Shown piece after piece: positions 49,150-61,651 of a stretch of 64,000 nucleotides of DNA. Position 1 is the first letter of the stretch. Each line of letters starts with the position of its first letter. A program made the position numbers and the translations under genes. Below the pieces are notes generated by a model. The model did not search any database, was not told the origin of the DNA, and saw nothing but the letters and a program-made list of their open reading frames with translations. Source of the stretch: Narcine bancroftii (taxonomy: Eukaryota); contig NC_091482.1 in assembly GCF_036971445.1 (NCBI RefSeq), forward strand, positions 69,006,001 through 69,070,000, written 5' to 3'.

Positions 49150-51686
49150 CCAGGTGGAATATCAGGTGATCTAGGGGGGAATATCAGGGGGGATCCAGGG
49201 GGGATGTCAGGGGGGAATATTAGGGGCGGTGTCGATGCTACCTGGTTGGAGAGGGTCCAGGGGGGGAATATCAGGGGGTCCAGGGGGGGAATATCAGGGG
49301 GTCCAGGGGGGGAATATCAGGGGGTCCAGGGGGGAATATCAGGGGGTCCAGGGGGGGGAATATCAGGGGGTCCAGGGGGGGGAATATCAGGGGGTCCAGG
49401 GGGGGGAATATCAGGGGGTCCAGGGGGGGGAATATCAGGGGGTCCAGGGGGGGAATATCAGGGGGTCCAGGGGGGGAATATCAGGGGGTCCAGGGGGGGA
49501 ATATCAGGGAGTCCAGGGGGGGAATATCAGGGAGTCCAGGGGGGGAATATCAGGGAGTCCAGGGGGGGAATATCAGGGGGTCCAGGGGGGGATGACAGGG
49601 GGGATGACAGGGGGGATGACAGGGGGGATGACAGGGGGGAATATCAGGGGGGAATATCAGGGGGGAATATCAGGGGGGAATATCAGGGGGGAATATCAGG
49701 GGGGAATATCAGGGGGGAATATCAGGGGGGAATATCAGGGGGGAATATCAGGGGGTCCAGGGGGGAATATCAGGGGGTCCAGGGAGGAATATCAGGGGGT
49801 CCAGGGAGGAATATCAGGGGGTCTAGGGGGGAATATCAGGGGGTCCAGGGGGGAATATCAGGGGGTCCAGGGGGGAATATCAGGGGGTCCAGGGGGGGAA
49901 TATCAGGGGGTCCAGGGGGGGAATATCAGGGGGTCCAGGGGGGGAATATCAGGGGGTCCAGGGGGGGGAATATCAGGGGGTCCAGGGGGGGGAATATCAG
50001 GGGGTCCAGGGGGGGGAATATCAGGGGGTCCAGGGGGGGGAATATCAGGGGGTCCAGGGGGGGGAATATCAGGGGGTCCAGGGGGGGGAATATCAGGGGG
50101 TCCAGGGGGGGAATATCAGGGGGTCCAGGGGGGGAATATCAGGGGGTCCAGGGGGGGAATATCAGGGGGTCCAGGGGGGGAATATCAGGGGGTCCAGGGG
50201 GGGAATATCAGGGAGTCCAGGGGGGGAATATCAGGGAGTCCAGGGGGGGAATATCAGGGGGTCCAGGGGGGGATGACAGGGGGGATGACAGGGGGGAATA
50301 TCAGGGGGGAATATCAGGGGGGAATATCAGGGGGTCCAGGGGGGAATATCAGGGGGTCCAGGGGGGAATATCAGGGGGTCCAGGGGGGAATATCAGGGGG
50401 TCCAGGGAGGAATATCAGGGGGTCCAGGGAGGAATATCAGGGGGTCCAGGGAGGAATATCAGGGGGTCCAGGGAGGAATATCAGGGGGTCCAGGGAGGAA
50501 TATCAGGGGGTCTAGGGGGGAATATCAGGGGGTCCAGGGGGGAATATCAGGGGGTCCAGGGGGGAATATCAGGGGGTCCAGGGGGGAATATCAGGGGGTC
50601 CAGGGGGGAATATCAGGGGGTCCAGGGGGGAATATCAGGGGGTCCAGGGGGGAATATCAGGGGGTCCAGGGGGGAATATCAGGGGGTCCAGGGGGGAATA
50701 TCAGGGGGTCCAGGGGGGAATATCAGGGGGCCAAGGGGGGAATATCAGGGGGTCCAGGGGGGAATATCAGGGGGTCCAGGGAGGAATATCAGGGGGTCTA
50801 GGGGGGAATATCAGGGGGTCCAGGGGGGAATATCAGGGGGTCCAGGGGGGAATATCAGGGGGTCCAGGGGGGAATATCAGGGGGGGAATATCAGGGAGTC
50901 CAGGGGGGGAATATCAGGGGGTCCAGGGGGGGATGACAGGGGGGAATATCAGGGGGTCCAGGGGGGAATATCAGGGGGTCCAGGGAGGAATATCAGGGGT
51001 CCAGGGAGGAATATCAGGGGGTCTAGGGGGGAATATCAGGGGATCCAGGGGGGAATATCAGGGGGTCCAGGGGGGAATATCAGGGGGTCCAGGGGGGAAT
51101 ATCAGGGGGTCCAGGGGGGGAATATCAGGGGGTCCAGGGGGGGAATATCAGGGGGTCCAGGGGGGGGACAGGGGGGATGACAGGGGGGATGACAGGGGGG
51201 AATATCAGGGGGTCCAGGGGGGGATGACAGGGGGGATGACAGGGGGGATGACAGGGGGGATGACAGGGGGGATGACAGGGGGGAATATCAGGGGGTCCAG
51301 GGGGGAATATCAGGGGGTCCAGGGGGGAATATCAGGGGGTCCAGGGGGGAATATCAGGGGGTCCAGGGGGGAATATCAGGGGGTCCAGGGGGGAATATCA
51401 GGGGGTCCAGGGGGGAATATCAGGGGGTCCAGGGGGGAATATCAGGGGGTCCAGGGGGGAATATCAGGGGGTCCAGGGGGGAATATCAGGGGGTCCAGGG
51501 GGGAATATCAGGGGGTCCAGGGGGGAATATCAGGGGGTCCAGGGGGGAATATCAGGGGGTCCAGGGGGGAATATCAGGGGGTCCAGGGGGGAATATCAGG
51601 GGGTCCAGGGGGGAATATCAGGGGGTCCAGGGGGGAATATCAGGGGGTCCAGGGGGGAATATCAGGGGGTCCAGGGGGGATGTCAG
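49150..51686. repeat. Large G-rich minisatellite, 21-23 bp unit G(6-8)AATATCAGGGGGTCCA, over 100 copies, with 12-bp and 13-bp sub-arrays
   Basis: Direct reading; lies in MRPS11 intron 1, about 120 bp from the exon 1 donor. Confidence 0.98.
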
Positions 51687-51804
51687 GCGTTGTTCCCCCA
51701 CGTTACGGGCGGTCTCGGACGGACCTGTCAGCTCGGGTGGGGGGGGGGGGGTGGAGTGGGGAGGGGAGTTGGGGGGGACTCGGGCCGCCCCCCCCAACAC
51801 TTAC

Positions 51805-51872
51805 CCGCTGCCCACAGGCCGCATCAGGCCTCGGCCCAAGGTCCGGAGCGCCCCACACACGGCCGCCATCAT
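51805..51872 (-). CDS. MRPS11: MRPS11 exon 1 (mitochondrial presequence)
   Basis: MMAAVCGALRTLGRGLMRPVGS GG|GTAAGT; Arg-rich and free of acidic residues; 68 nt. Spliced CDS is 588 nt. The second ATG (51869) may be the start. Confidence 0.88.
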
Positions 51873-52307
51873 GGAGGGAAGCCGAGTCCCCGCCAGTAGG
51901 AGGGGGGGGCGGGTAATGGAGACGGGAGGTCGTCATCACCCCCCCACCCCACGTCCCCCTCCAGGTGAAGAAGGAAGTAATAAATATACCCGGACAACAT
52001 GTTCTTTGGAGATTTCCCGTCTTGTGGTAACTCAGGGTAAAGATTTGCCCAATAATGACCCCCCCCCCCCCATCGCCTTTGGTCTCGCCCACCAGACTGT
52101 TCCAACCATCATGGGGGGGGGGGGGGGTCGATCATTTCGTCGGCAGATTTGCTGTAATAATATTGGAACCAACCACTAAATGTTACCGGTGAAGGTGGGG
52201 CGAGACCCCCCGAGGTGGGAGAGTGATGATGAAACCGACTGATGGTGGGTGTTGGTGCCGAGTCTCCTCCCACGTCCGCTCTCCCTGGTCACGTGGCAGC
52301 AACAAAG
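51873..52307. promoter_or_regulatory. Bidirectional MRPS11/MRPL46 promoter
   Basis: 435 bp between divergent ATGs in a CpG island. YY1-type GATGGCGGC overlaps both start regions; E-boxes CACGTG at 52290 and 52316; ETS-like GGAAGT near 51973. Confidence 0.85.
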
Positions 52308-52505
52308 ATGGCGGCCACGTGGCGCCGCTTCGCCCCGGCCGCCCCGCTGAGTCTCGGCCTTCGGGCGCTGGTGAAGGAGAGCCGGGGCCCGGAGCCGGGG
52401 GCGGCCGCTTGGCAGCTGTGCGGTGCCGTGTGCCTGCAGCGGGCGGCGGTGGTGTCGCGGGAGAAGCACCAAATGGAGAGCGCGTTCGCGCGGCTGCTGG
52501 AGCGG
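52308..52505 (+). CDS. MRPL46: MRPL46 (mitoribosomal mL46) exon 1
   Basis: MAATWRRF...AWQLCGAVCLQRAAVVSREKHQMESAFARLLER|GTAGG, homologous to WRLLGALCLQRPPVVS; 198 nt. Confidence 0.93.
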
Positions 52506-52584
52506 GTAGGCGCGGGCACGCGCGGCGGGGGGGCCGGTCCGGGCACGCGCGGCGGGTGGGCCGGCGAGGGGCGCGGGCACGCCT

Positions 52585-53578
52585 CTTTTTGGGGGAGGGA
52601 GTGGGGAAATGCTGGGGCGACCCCTTTTTTGGAGGGGGAAATGCTGGGGCGACCCCTTTTTTGCGGGGGAGAATGCTGGGTTGACCTCTTTTTTGGGGGG
52701 GAGAATGCTGGGTCGACCCCTTTTTTGGGGGGGATGCTGGGTCGACCCCTTTTTTGGGGGGGGATGCTGGTTCGACCCCTTTTTTGGGGGGGATGCTGGG
52801 TCGACCCCTTTTTTGGGGGGGGATGCTGGTTCGACCCCTTTTTTGGGGGTGATGCTGGGTCGACCCCTTTTTTGGTGGGGATGCTGGTTCGACCCCTTTT
52901 TTGGGGGGGAGAATGCTGGGTCGACCCCTTTTTTTGGGGGGGGGAATGCTGGGTCGACCCCTTTTTTGGGGGGGAGAATGCTGGGTTGACCTCTTGTTTG
53001 GGGGGGAGAATGCTGGGTCGACCCCTTTTTTGGGGGGGATGCTGGTTCGACCCCTTTTTTGGGGGAGAATGCTGGGTCGACCCCTTTTTTTGGGGGGGGG
53101 AATGCTGGGTCGACCCCTTTTTTGGGGGGGAGAATGCTGGGTTGACCTCTTTTTTGGGGGGGAGAATGCTGGGTCGACCCCTTTTTTGGGGGGGATGCTG
53201 GTTCGACCCCTTTTTTGGGGGTGATGCTGGGTCGACCCCTTTTTTGGTGGGGGGAATGCTGGGTCGACCCCTTTTTTTGGGGGGGAGAATGCTGGGTCGA
53301 CCCCTTTTTTGGGGGGGGAATGCTGGGTCGACCCCTTTTTTGGGGGGATGCTGGGTCGACCCCTTTTTTGGGGGGGGATGCTGGTTCGACCCCTTTTTTG
53401 GGGGTGATGCTGGGTCGACCCCTTTTTTGGTGGGGGGAATGCTGGGTCGACCCCTTTTTTGGGGGGGAGAATGCTGGGTCGACCCCTTTTTTGGGGGGGG
53501 AATGCTGGATCGACCCTATTTTTGGGGCGGAATGCTGGGTCGACCCCTTTTTTGGGGGTGGGGGGATGCTGGGTCGAG
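52585..53578. repeat. Minisatellite, 28-31 bp unit ATGCTGGGTCGACCCC-T(6-8)-G(5-9), roughly 33 copies
   Basis: Direct reading; begins about 80 bp into MRPL46 intron 1. Confidence 0.98.
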
Positions 53579-53784
53579 GTGGGGGCCCCTCGATGAGGAC
53601 TGGGTGCTGCTCCCCTGACTCCCTCCAAGTCCACGTTCGTCCCCTTTGTTTTTCTGGCGTTGAATGCGAGGTGGTCCCTGTGACACCACTCAATGGGCTG
53701 ATCTGTCTCCCTCCCTCCTGGGTGACGGGGGGGGGGGCTGGTGAGAGACCAGCTCAGTAGAGGAAAGGGTCAAAAACTTCAAAT

Positions 53785-54072
53785 TCTCGGGGGTCTGTCT
53801 CGGAGCCTCCACCTCGATGCAATCACGAAGGAGGCTCGCTTTCTTGTTCGGAGCCTTGGCATATCACCAAAGGTTCTAAACCTTCTGTGGGTGTATTATG
53901 GGAGAGCATTCCGGCCGGCGGCATCACTGGCGCGGAAGGGCCGAGGCTCGGCCCAGGAAAAAAAAGACTCCCGAGGGTTGTTAACTCAGCTTGCGACATC
54001 ACGGGCGCCAGCATCTATCTTCAAAGGCTCCCACCACCCAGGCCATGTCCTCTACACTCTGCTGCCATCAAG
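53785..54072 (+). mobile_element. Rex1-like LINE fragment, CpG-rich
   Basis: GAGAGCATTC...ATCACT...CCACCACCCAGGCCATG..CTCTACACTCTGCTGCCATCA (HPGH.LYTLLPS motif). Confidence 0.65.
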
Positions 54073-54560
54073 AAAAAAATTTTTAAAAATTGAAATTTTA
54101 AATCTTAATTTTTAAAAATTTAGACATACAACATAGTAACAGGCCATTTTGGCCCATGAGTCTGTGCCGCCCAATTTACACCCCTTTATCCTACAACTTT
54201 GGTACTTTTAAAACTCACACAGAGAAGGCGAGATCATACAAACTCTTTACAGACAGCTGTTGCACTAACCATTAGGTACAGGATCCTGGATGAAGATTCA
54301 GCGGCACCAGGACAGCTTCTCCTCCCCCACCCCCCCAACCAACCATCAGATTCCTGAATGAACAATGAACCACTGACACTACCTCACTTTATCTTTTTCT
54401 TGCACTATTTTATATATTTTTAAATGTGGTTTATAGAAATGTTTGCACTGTGACTTTACTGCAAAACAACAAATTTCGTGACACGTTCATGACAATAAAA
54501 TTTGTATTCGGATTCTCTACGCTTCTGTGCTGTGAAAAACAAGTTTGAAGGTTCAAGAAG

Positions 54561-55064
54561 TGTGAGTCTGAACACAGTTCAATAACAAACAAGAATCTTT
54601 ATTTACAGTGGCGGAGGTTGCAACATATCAAATAGTCACTACACACAATTCATGCGCATCCAATGCTGTTAATCACTGAAAATCGCACCTCCCGATAAAT
54701 CACTAATAATCACAACTGGTGATTGTGAACCGAGGGTTAAAAAAACAGTGTGAATCAGCAATAGGCACAACAGTTCTCTTGGGTATGTACCGACGCACAC
54801 CTCACAATTGAATCTCCACCATCACTCACAGCTCACAACCTGGAGTCGAGCTGGGGTTTGTTCTCAGGGTGTAAAGAGAGCACTGCTCCACGTGGTGGAC
54901 TTTATACTGTCGCTGGCTGGAGGGGTGGCTAATCTAGATTGACATAGAGAAATTACTTTCAACCCTCCAGGAGCATTCCTTTGTTTAGAGCAGTTTCCTG
55001 TCTGACCTGTTGGATAATCCTCCAGATAACTGCTTCCTCATTGCTGTCTGTGACTCTACCAACA
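54561..55064 (-). mobile_element. Possible solo LTR
   Basis: TG...CA bounded block with minus-strand TATAAA (~54901-54906) upstream of AATAAA (~54598-54603); no TSD seen. Confidence 0.35.
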
Positions 55065-55451
55065 ACCATCGGTTGGCATTTGAATTGTGCTGAGCCACAC
55101 AGTCATGGATGGAGAGGGAGTAGAGCAGTGGACTAAGCACACATCCTTGAGGTGTGCCTGTGTTGATAATCAGTGAGGAGGAGATGTTGTTTCCAATCCA
55201 TACTGACTGTGGTCTTCTGATGTGGAAGTCAAGGATCTAGTTCCAGAGAGGCCTTTGAGGATAGAGGCTGCTTGCAGATGCTGGCGCCCGTGATGTCGCA
55301 AGCTGAGTTAACAACCCTCGGGAGTCTTTTTTTTTCCTGTACCGAGCCTCGGCCCTTCCGCGCCAGTGATGTCACTGGCCGGAATGCTCTCCCACAATAC
55401 ACCTGTAGAAGCCATGGCCTGGGTGGTGGGGGCCTTTGAGGATAGAGGCTG

Positions 55452-55970
55452 GATCACAGTCTGGTAGGGGAACACCAATACTCTTGAGTGTAAAGCCCTC
55501 CAAAAGGTAGTGGACATAGCCCAGGGTATCACAGGTAAAACCTTCCTCACTATTGAGTACATCTACCAGGAATGCTGTCATTGGAGAACAGCAGCAATCA
55601 TCAAGGATCCACATCACCCACCACACGCTCTGTTCTCACTGCTGTCATCAGGAAAGAGGTATCAGTGCCACTAGACTTGCACCACCAGGTTCAGGACCAG
55701 CTGCTACCCCTCCACCATCAGACTCTTCAACAACAAACTCAATCAGAAAGTCATTTAAGGACTCTCACTTTATTGACTTTCTTTTGTTCTCTTTGTATTG
55801 CACAGTCAGCTTGTTTACATTTATTATCTGTTTAACAGTTCTCTTATTTGTTTACATGTATACAGTTTTTTTTCTTGCTACCAATTAGTGGTAATTCTGC
55901 CGCGCCCATAGGAAAACGAATCTCAGGGTTGTATGTGATTGTATGTATGTACTTTGACAATAAATCTGAA
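55452..55970 (+). mobile_element. Rex1/Babar-like LINE 3' fragment
   Basis: Same family sequence and ACAATAAATCTGA tail as 25766-26361. Confidence 0.8.
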
Positions 55971-56779
55971 AAAAAATTTGATGATCTAAAACTGCATATC
56001 TTGTCAAAATAACATGTTTATAGATCCTTCCTTTGCACAAATAAATACATTTCCTGCACATCAAATTGTCAATCACCTTTTAGAGTTTCAAGGTCAAGAG
56101 ATGCATAATCTCTTATTTTTCATTCAACACATTACTGTAAAATGTGATTTATTTTTTGATCAGATGGTTTCTTAATGATACTGGTTGTGGGATATATTGA
56201 GTTTGATATTTAATGCAGATGTTGCTGCAGGATATGCTATTGTGAAATAAAAGTTGTGACTTTCTTCATGGCAATATATAAATAATATAAGATTGTTAGA
56301 AATAATAAGTTACAAAAGTATTTGTTTTCATAGAGTTTGAATTCCCAGTGGAAGAATTTCTGAAAAATATTTATGATCCTGAGTGCCTTTGGTGTGTAAC
56401 AAACTAATCAAAGAATCACCAACTGAAGAGAAAAATTGTCTTGTATACTGATTGGTCGCGTCTTGAAGTGCAAATATTTAAAAAGAAAATATACCTAATA
56501 TGCTAACAAATCGCTCTGTATCAGATTCATCCTCTGTGTTGAGTTATTTGACCTCATGTTGAGTATATACTGTTTCTGAATGCTGTTGGTAACAACCACA
56601 TCTTGGATCAAAAAGGTGTTACAAAGAAATTAATTAACCCTGCATGTGAACTTGTGATTTCTGAAATGTGTATGAAAATATCAAATTTTGCTGATGTAGG
56701 TTGCAATCACATAGCTTGCTAATAATGTGTGGGTGCACAGTGGTTCAATGAGAACACAGTTTGTACATATGACATTATA

Positions 56780-59700
56780 ATTTTTTATTTTTCACACTGT
56801 GAACCATATCAACCAAAATATGTACAAACGTTTCTCATTAATATACACAGTGGCATTTTCTCCCTTTTTTCCTCTTTTCCCTCCCTCCCCTCTTCCTACC
56901 CCCCTCCAAACCCCATAAATATTCAACACGTACAATACAATAAAACCATAAAACAATATATTCACACAAAGGAAAATAAACAAGAAAAATGTGTCATCTA
57001 CTTTTACACACTGAATCAAGTCGTTTTGTCTTATTTTAGGGGATGGAGGTCCGAGTAAAGCTCTCTCTGTTATGTTCCATGTATGGTTCCCAAATTTATT
57101 CAAAAAATGTGACTTTATTTTTTAAATTAAATTATTTTTTCCAATGGAATACATTTATTCATTTCCATGTACCATTGCTATATTCTCAGGCTCTCTTCCA
57201 TTTTCCAAGTTGACATTATACATTTTTTTGCTACTGCTAAGGCTATCATAATAAATCTTTTTTGCACTTCATCCAGTTTGAGGCCTAATTCTTTACTTCT
57301 TATGTTACTTAAAAGAAAGATCTCTGGTTTTTTTGGTATGTTATTTTTTGTGATTTCATTTAATATCTGATTTGGATCTTCCCAATACGTATTCACTTTC
57401 GTACATGCCCAAATTGTATGTACTGTTGTATCCTTGGGAACACATTCATTTTAATGCAGTTTACCCTCCCTATCAACATTAGCGGTAATTCTTTCCAATG
57501 TTCTAAGTCTTCCTGCAATATCTTTATTAGTGGCTGATAATTTAGTTTGTACAAGTGGCTTAAGTTATTATCTAACCTGATCCCTAGGTATCGGATTGCT
57601 TGTACTTGCCATTTAAATGATGATTCTTTTATAAATTCTGTATAATTCGCGCTACTCATTGGCATCACTTCACTTTTCTTTGCGTTGATCTTGTACCTTG
57701 ATATTTCTCCATATTCCTTCAATTTCTTATGTTATTCTTTTATTGATATCTCTGGTTCTGTCAGGTATACTATGATGTCATCTGCAAATAAGCTGATTTT
57801 ATTCTTCTTCTCCTTTTATTTTATTTTCTATTCTTATCAGTTCTGCCAAAGGTTCTATTGCTAAGGCAAACAATGAGGGGGATAATGGACATCCCTGTCT
57901 AGTTGACCTACTTAATTTAAATTGGTTCGATACATATCCATTTACTGCTACCTTTGCCAACGGTCCATTATACAATGCTTTAATCCAATTAATATATTTT
58001 TCTGGTAGATTGAACTTCTGTAATACTTTAAATAAGTAGTTCCACTCTACTCTGTCAAAGGCTTTTTCTGCATCTAAAGCAACAGCCACTGTTGGTTTCT
58101 TATTTCCTTGAACTGCTTGAATTAGATTAATAATTTTACAGACATTATCCGCTGTTCATCTTTTCTTAATAAATCCAGTTTGATCTTGTTTACTATTTTT
58201 GGTACACAATCGGCCAATCTGTATGCTAATAATTTTGCTATTATCATATAATCTGAGTTAAGTAGAGATATTGGTCTGTATGATGCTGGTGTTAATGGAT
58301 CCTTCCCCGTCTTTGGTATTATTGTAATTATTGCTGTCTTATATGAATATGGCAAGTTTTGTGTTTCTTCTATCTGATTCATTACTTCCAGGAGAGGAGG
58401 AATTAATAACTCTTTAAATGTTTTATAGAATTCTATTGGGAATCCATCCTCTCCAGGCGTTTTATTGTTCGGCAGCTTTTTTAATATATCCTGTACTTCC
58501 TCTATTTCAAATGGTTTTATCAGTTTGGTTTGTTCCAGTTCTTGCAATTTTGGCAGTTCAATTTTAGCTAAAAACTCTTCTATTTTGTCATCTTTCCCCT
58601 CGTTCTTAGTTTGAGACAATTGTTCATAAAATTCCTTAAAGTTTTCATTAAATTCCTGCTTGTCCTGTTTTAAGTTGCCAGGCTAATATTTTGTGTTTTT
58701 TCTCCCAGTTCGTAATACTTTTGGTTTATTTTCATTATGTTGTTCTCCACCTTGTACGTTTGTAATGTTTCATATTTAATTTTTTTGTCTGTCAATTCTC
58801 TCTTTTTCGTAATATCATCCTTTTTTACTAGTTCCTTTTCTGTACTTAATATCTCCCTTTCCAATTGCTCTATTTCCCGATTGTAGTCCTTTTTCATCTT
58901 AGTGACATAACTTATTATCTGAAGGCTTTCATTGCGTCCCATAATATAAATTTGTCTTTCACTGATTCCGTGTAATAAACTCTCTAAATTCCTGGCTTTT
59001 AAGTAGCATGGAGTTTAACCTCCATCTGTATGTTCTTGGTGGGATGTCCTCCAGTTCTATTGCTAATAACAGGGGTGAATGATCAGATAGTAGTCTAGCT
59101 TTATACTCAGTTTTCCTAACTCTCCCTTGAATGTGGGCCGACAACAAAAACGTATCAATCCTTGAGTATGTTTTATGCCTACTTGAATAATATGAAAATT
59201 CCTTCTCTCTTGAGTGCTGCCTCCTCCATACATCCACAAGTTTCATTTCCTGCATCGATTTAACCATAAATTTGGCTATTTTATTCTTTTTGCTTGTCTT
59301 TTGTCCAGTTTTATCCAACATTGGATCCAAATTAAGGTTAAAATCCCCTCCTATCAATATATTTCCTTGTGTATCTACAATCATCAAAACATATCCTGCA
59401 TTAACTTTTGATCCTCCTCATAAGGTACATATATATTGGGCAAATTCCAAAATTCTGAGTATATCTGACACTTTATCATTACATACCTCCCTGCTGGATC
59501 TATTATTTCCTCTATTTTGATTGGTACATTTTTGTTAACTAATATGGCTACACCTCTGGCTTTTGAATTATATGATGCTGCCGTTACCTGTCCTACGCAG
59601 TCTCTCTTTAATTTGTTATGTTCCACCTCAGTTAGATGCGTTTCCTGCACAAATGCAATATCTATTTTTTCTTTCTTCAGTAAATTTAGAAGCCTCTTCC

Positions 59701-61651
59701 TTTAAATTTGGTTATGTATTCCATTAATGTTTATAATCACATAGTTCAACGTGGCCATCTTGTATCTTGCTTACACCTCTTTTCCGCTTCCTCGCCACCT
59801 CCATCCCCCTTTTTCCCATTATCTCTTAGTTTTCCCTTTTTAAACTCAATGTATGACAACACATTTAAAACATAAAATACTCCAACAATTCCCACACCCA
59901 ATAATACCTTAAATCCAAATGCTCCCTTCCTCTCTAAGCTGCCCCTTATCCCTTGCCGGGCAACCACAACTCCCCTTTCCATTTGGATTGCGATCTTTCT
60001 CGGAAACGTCAACTGATTTTACAGTGACGGTTATTCCCTCTCCCCCCAGAAAACACTTTTTTAAAACACATATAACAAAGCTCTCTTTTTTTCCTCCTTC
60101 CTTCCTTCCCTTCTCTATATATACATTGTTTTTACTTCTTTATATATACTTTATCACTGATTTTCTTTCTTGTTACATCTCTTCATCTCTCCTGTCCTGC
60201 AAACATTCTGCGAAATCTTGTGCTTCTTCCGGATCCGAGAACAGTCTGTTTTGCTCCCCGGGTATAAATATTTTAAGCACAGCTGGATGTCTTAACATGA
60301 ATTTATAACCTTTTTTCCCTAAAATCGTTTTTGCTGTATTAAACTCCTTCCTCTTCTTTAAGAGTTCAAAACTTATGTCTGGGTAAAAAAATATTTTTTG
60401 ACCCTTGTATTCCAATGGCTTATTATCTTCTCTAACTTTATTCCTTGCCCGCTCCAGTATATTTTCTCTTGTCGTATATCTCAAAAATTTTACTAAGATG
60501 GATCTTGGTTTTTGATATGTCTGCGGTTTCGGAGCTAATGCTCGGTGTGCCCTTTCTATTTCCATTTCTTCCTGCATTTCTGTCATTCTCAGGACCTTCG
60601 GGATCCATCCTTTTATAAATTCCTTCATGTCTGTGCCTTCTTCACCCTCCTTGAGGTCCACTATTTTTAAGTAGTTTTTCTTACTATAATTTACATATCA
60701 ATTTTCGGAGATAACCACTCTTGTGTCTCTTTAATTTTTGTCACTTACTTCCATTTCTACAACCATTTCCCACTCTTCCATATTCTCTACTCTTTTCCCT
60801 ATTTCTGTCATGACCAGTTCTAAACTTTGCATTTTATCTTCTGCTCTTTTCTTTTAGTCGCACTAAATTCTAATGGTAACCATTCTTTTAGTGATCTCAT
60901 TTGTTCTTCAAAAAAGGCTTTATCTATATTCTGTCTATCTGTTTTACCTTCTATTTCTCTGTGAAGATCTTGGTCTTCTTCTTCTTCCTCTTCTGTGTCT
61001 GTACCTGTATTTGTGTCCTCTTCTTTATGTCTGTGTATCTTCTGTTTTCCTGATGAACTGCTTGTATCTCTGTCGGGCCTACCCTTGTGGTTGGTCCTCC
61101 CCTCCTGGGCTGCCCGTCGGTCGGGCCTCCTGCCATTGATCCTCTTGTCGGTCACCCCGCTGTCTTTCTCCCTCGTCTGTTTCCTTGCTCCCTCCCCTGC
61201 CGCCAACCTCATCCTCCAGCCGAGCGCCCTGGTGTCGGGCGTCCCTCAGCTGGTCATGCTGTGGCTGTCAGTGTTTTCTTTTTCCTTTGATTGCGCATGC
61301 GCAGTTGCGCACTTTTGTTTGGCTCTGAGAGCCATTTTTGAAGTCCATCGGTCGGGAGGTCGCGACTCCGCAGGGCAGTCACCAACCTCAGGGATCGGGC
61401 ACTCCTCACCACCACAGCTCCCTGTTACTTCGTACAGGTAAGGCCTTCTTCTTTCTTCTCTGGCGACTTCTTATTTTTTGGTTGTTTTTACTTTCTCCTT
61501 GAGTGCCATCTTCTTTCTCTTTGTAACTTTATCTTCTATTTCTTATATTTTATATTTGTTGAGCTTTGTCTTTTCCTAACTTTTTTCCTTTTTTTTTCTG
61601 GAGAGGGCTGGTTTTACCTGACCAGCCACTACTCCATCACGCGACTCCTCC
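56780..61651 (-). mobile_element. L1-clade LINE with both ends, decayed and internally deleted
   Basis: ORF1 EIERAHRALAPKP...PRSILVKFLRY; endonuclease QETHL, GGDFN, YSRID, SDHSPL; RT TPGEDGFP, YRPISLLN, LDAEKAFDRV, RQGCPLSP, RYLGI; A-rich tail at ~56781-56792; GC-rich 5' end. Confidence 0.95.

Noticed and set aside
49204-51916. Long Gly-rich ORFs (658, 428 and 327 aa)
   Set aside because: Artefacts of a stop-poor minisatellite in MRPS11 intron 1; open in several frames, with unit lengths that keep shifting the frame.
52585-53578. CRISPR-like or terminator-like look of the palindromic repeats
   Set aside because: No unique spacers, no cas genes, and a spliceosomal vertebrate context.
52176-53760. 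Long Pro/Lys- and Gly-rich ORFs on both strands
   Set aside because: Read-through of the intron 1 array; only 52308-52505 is real coding sequence (MRPL46 exon 1).
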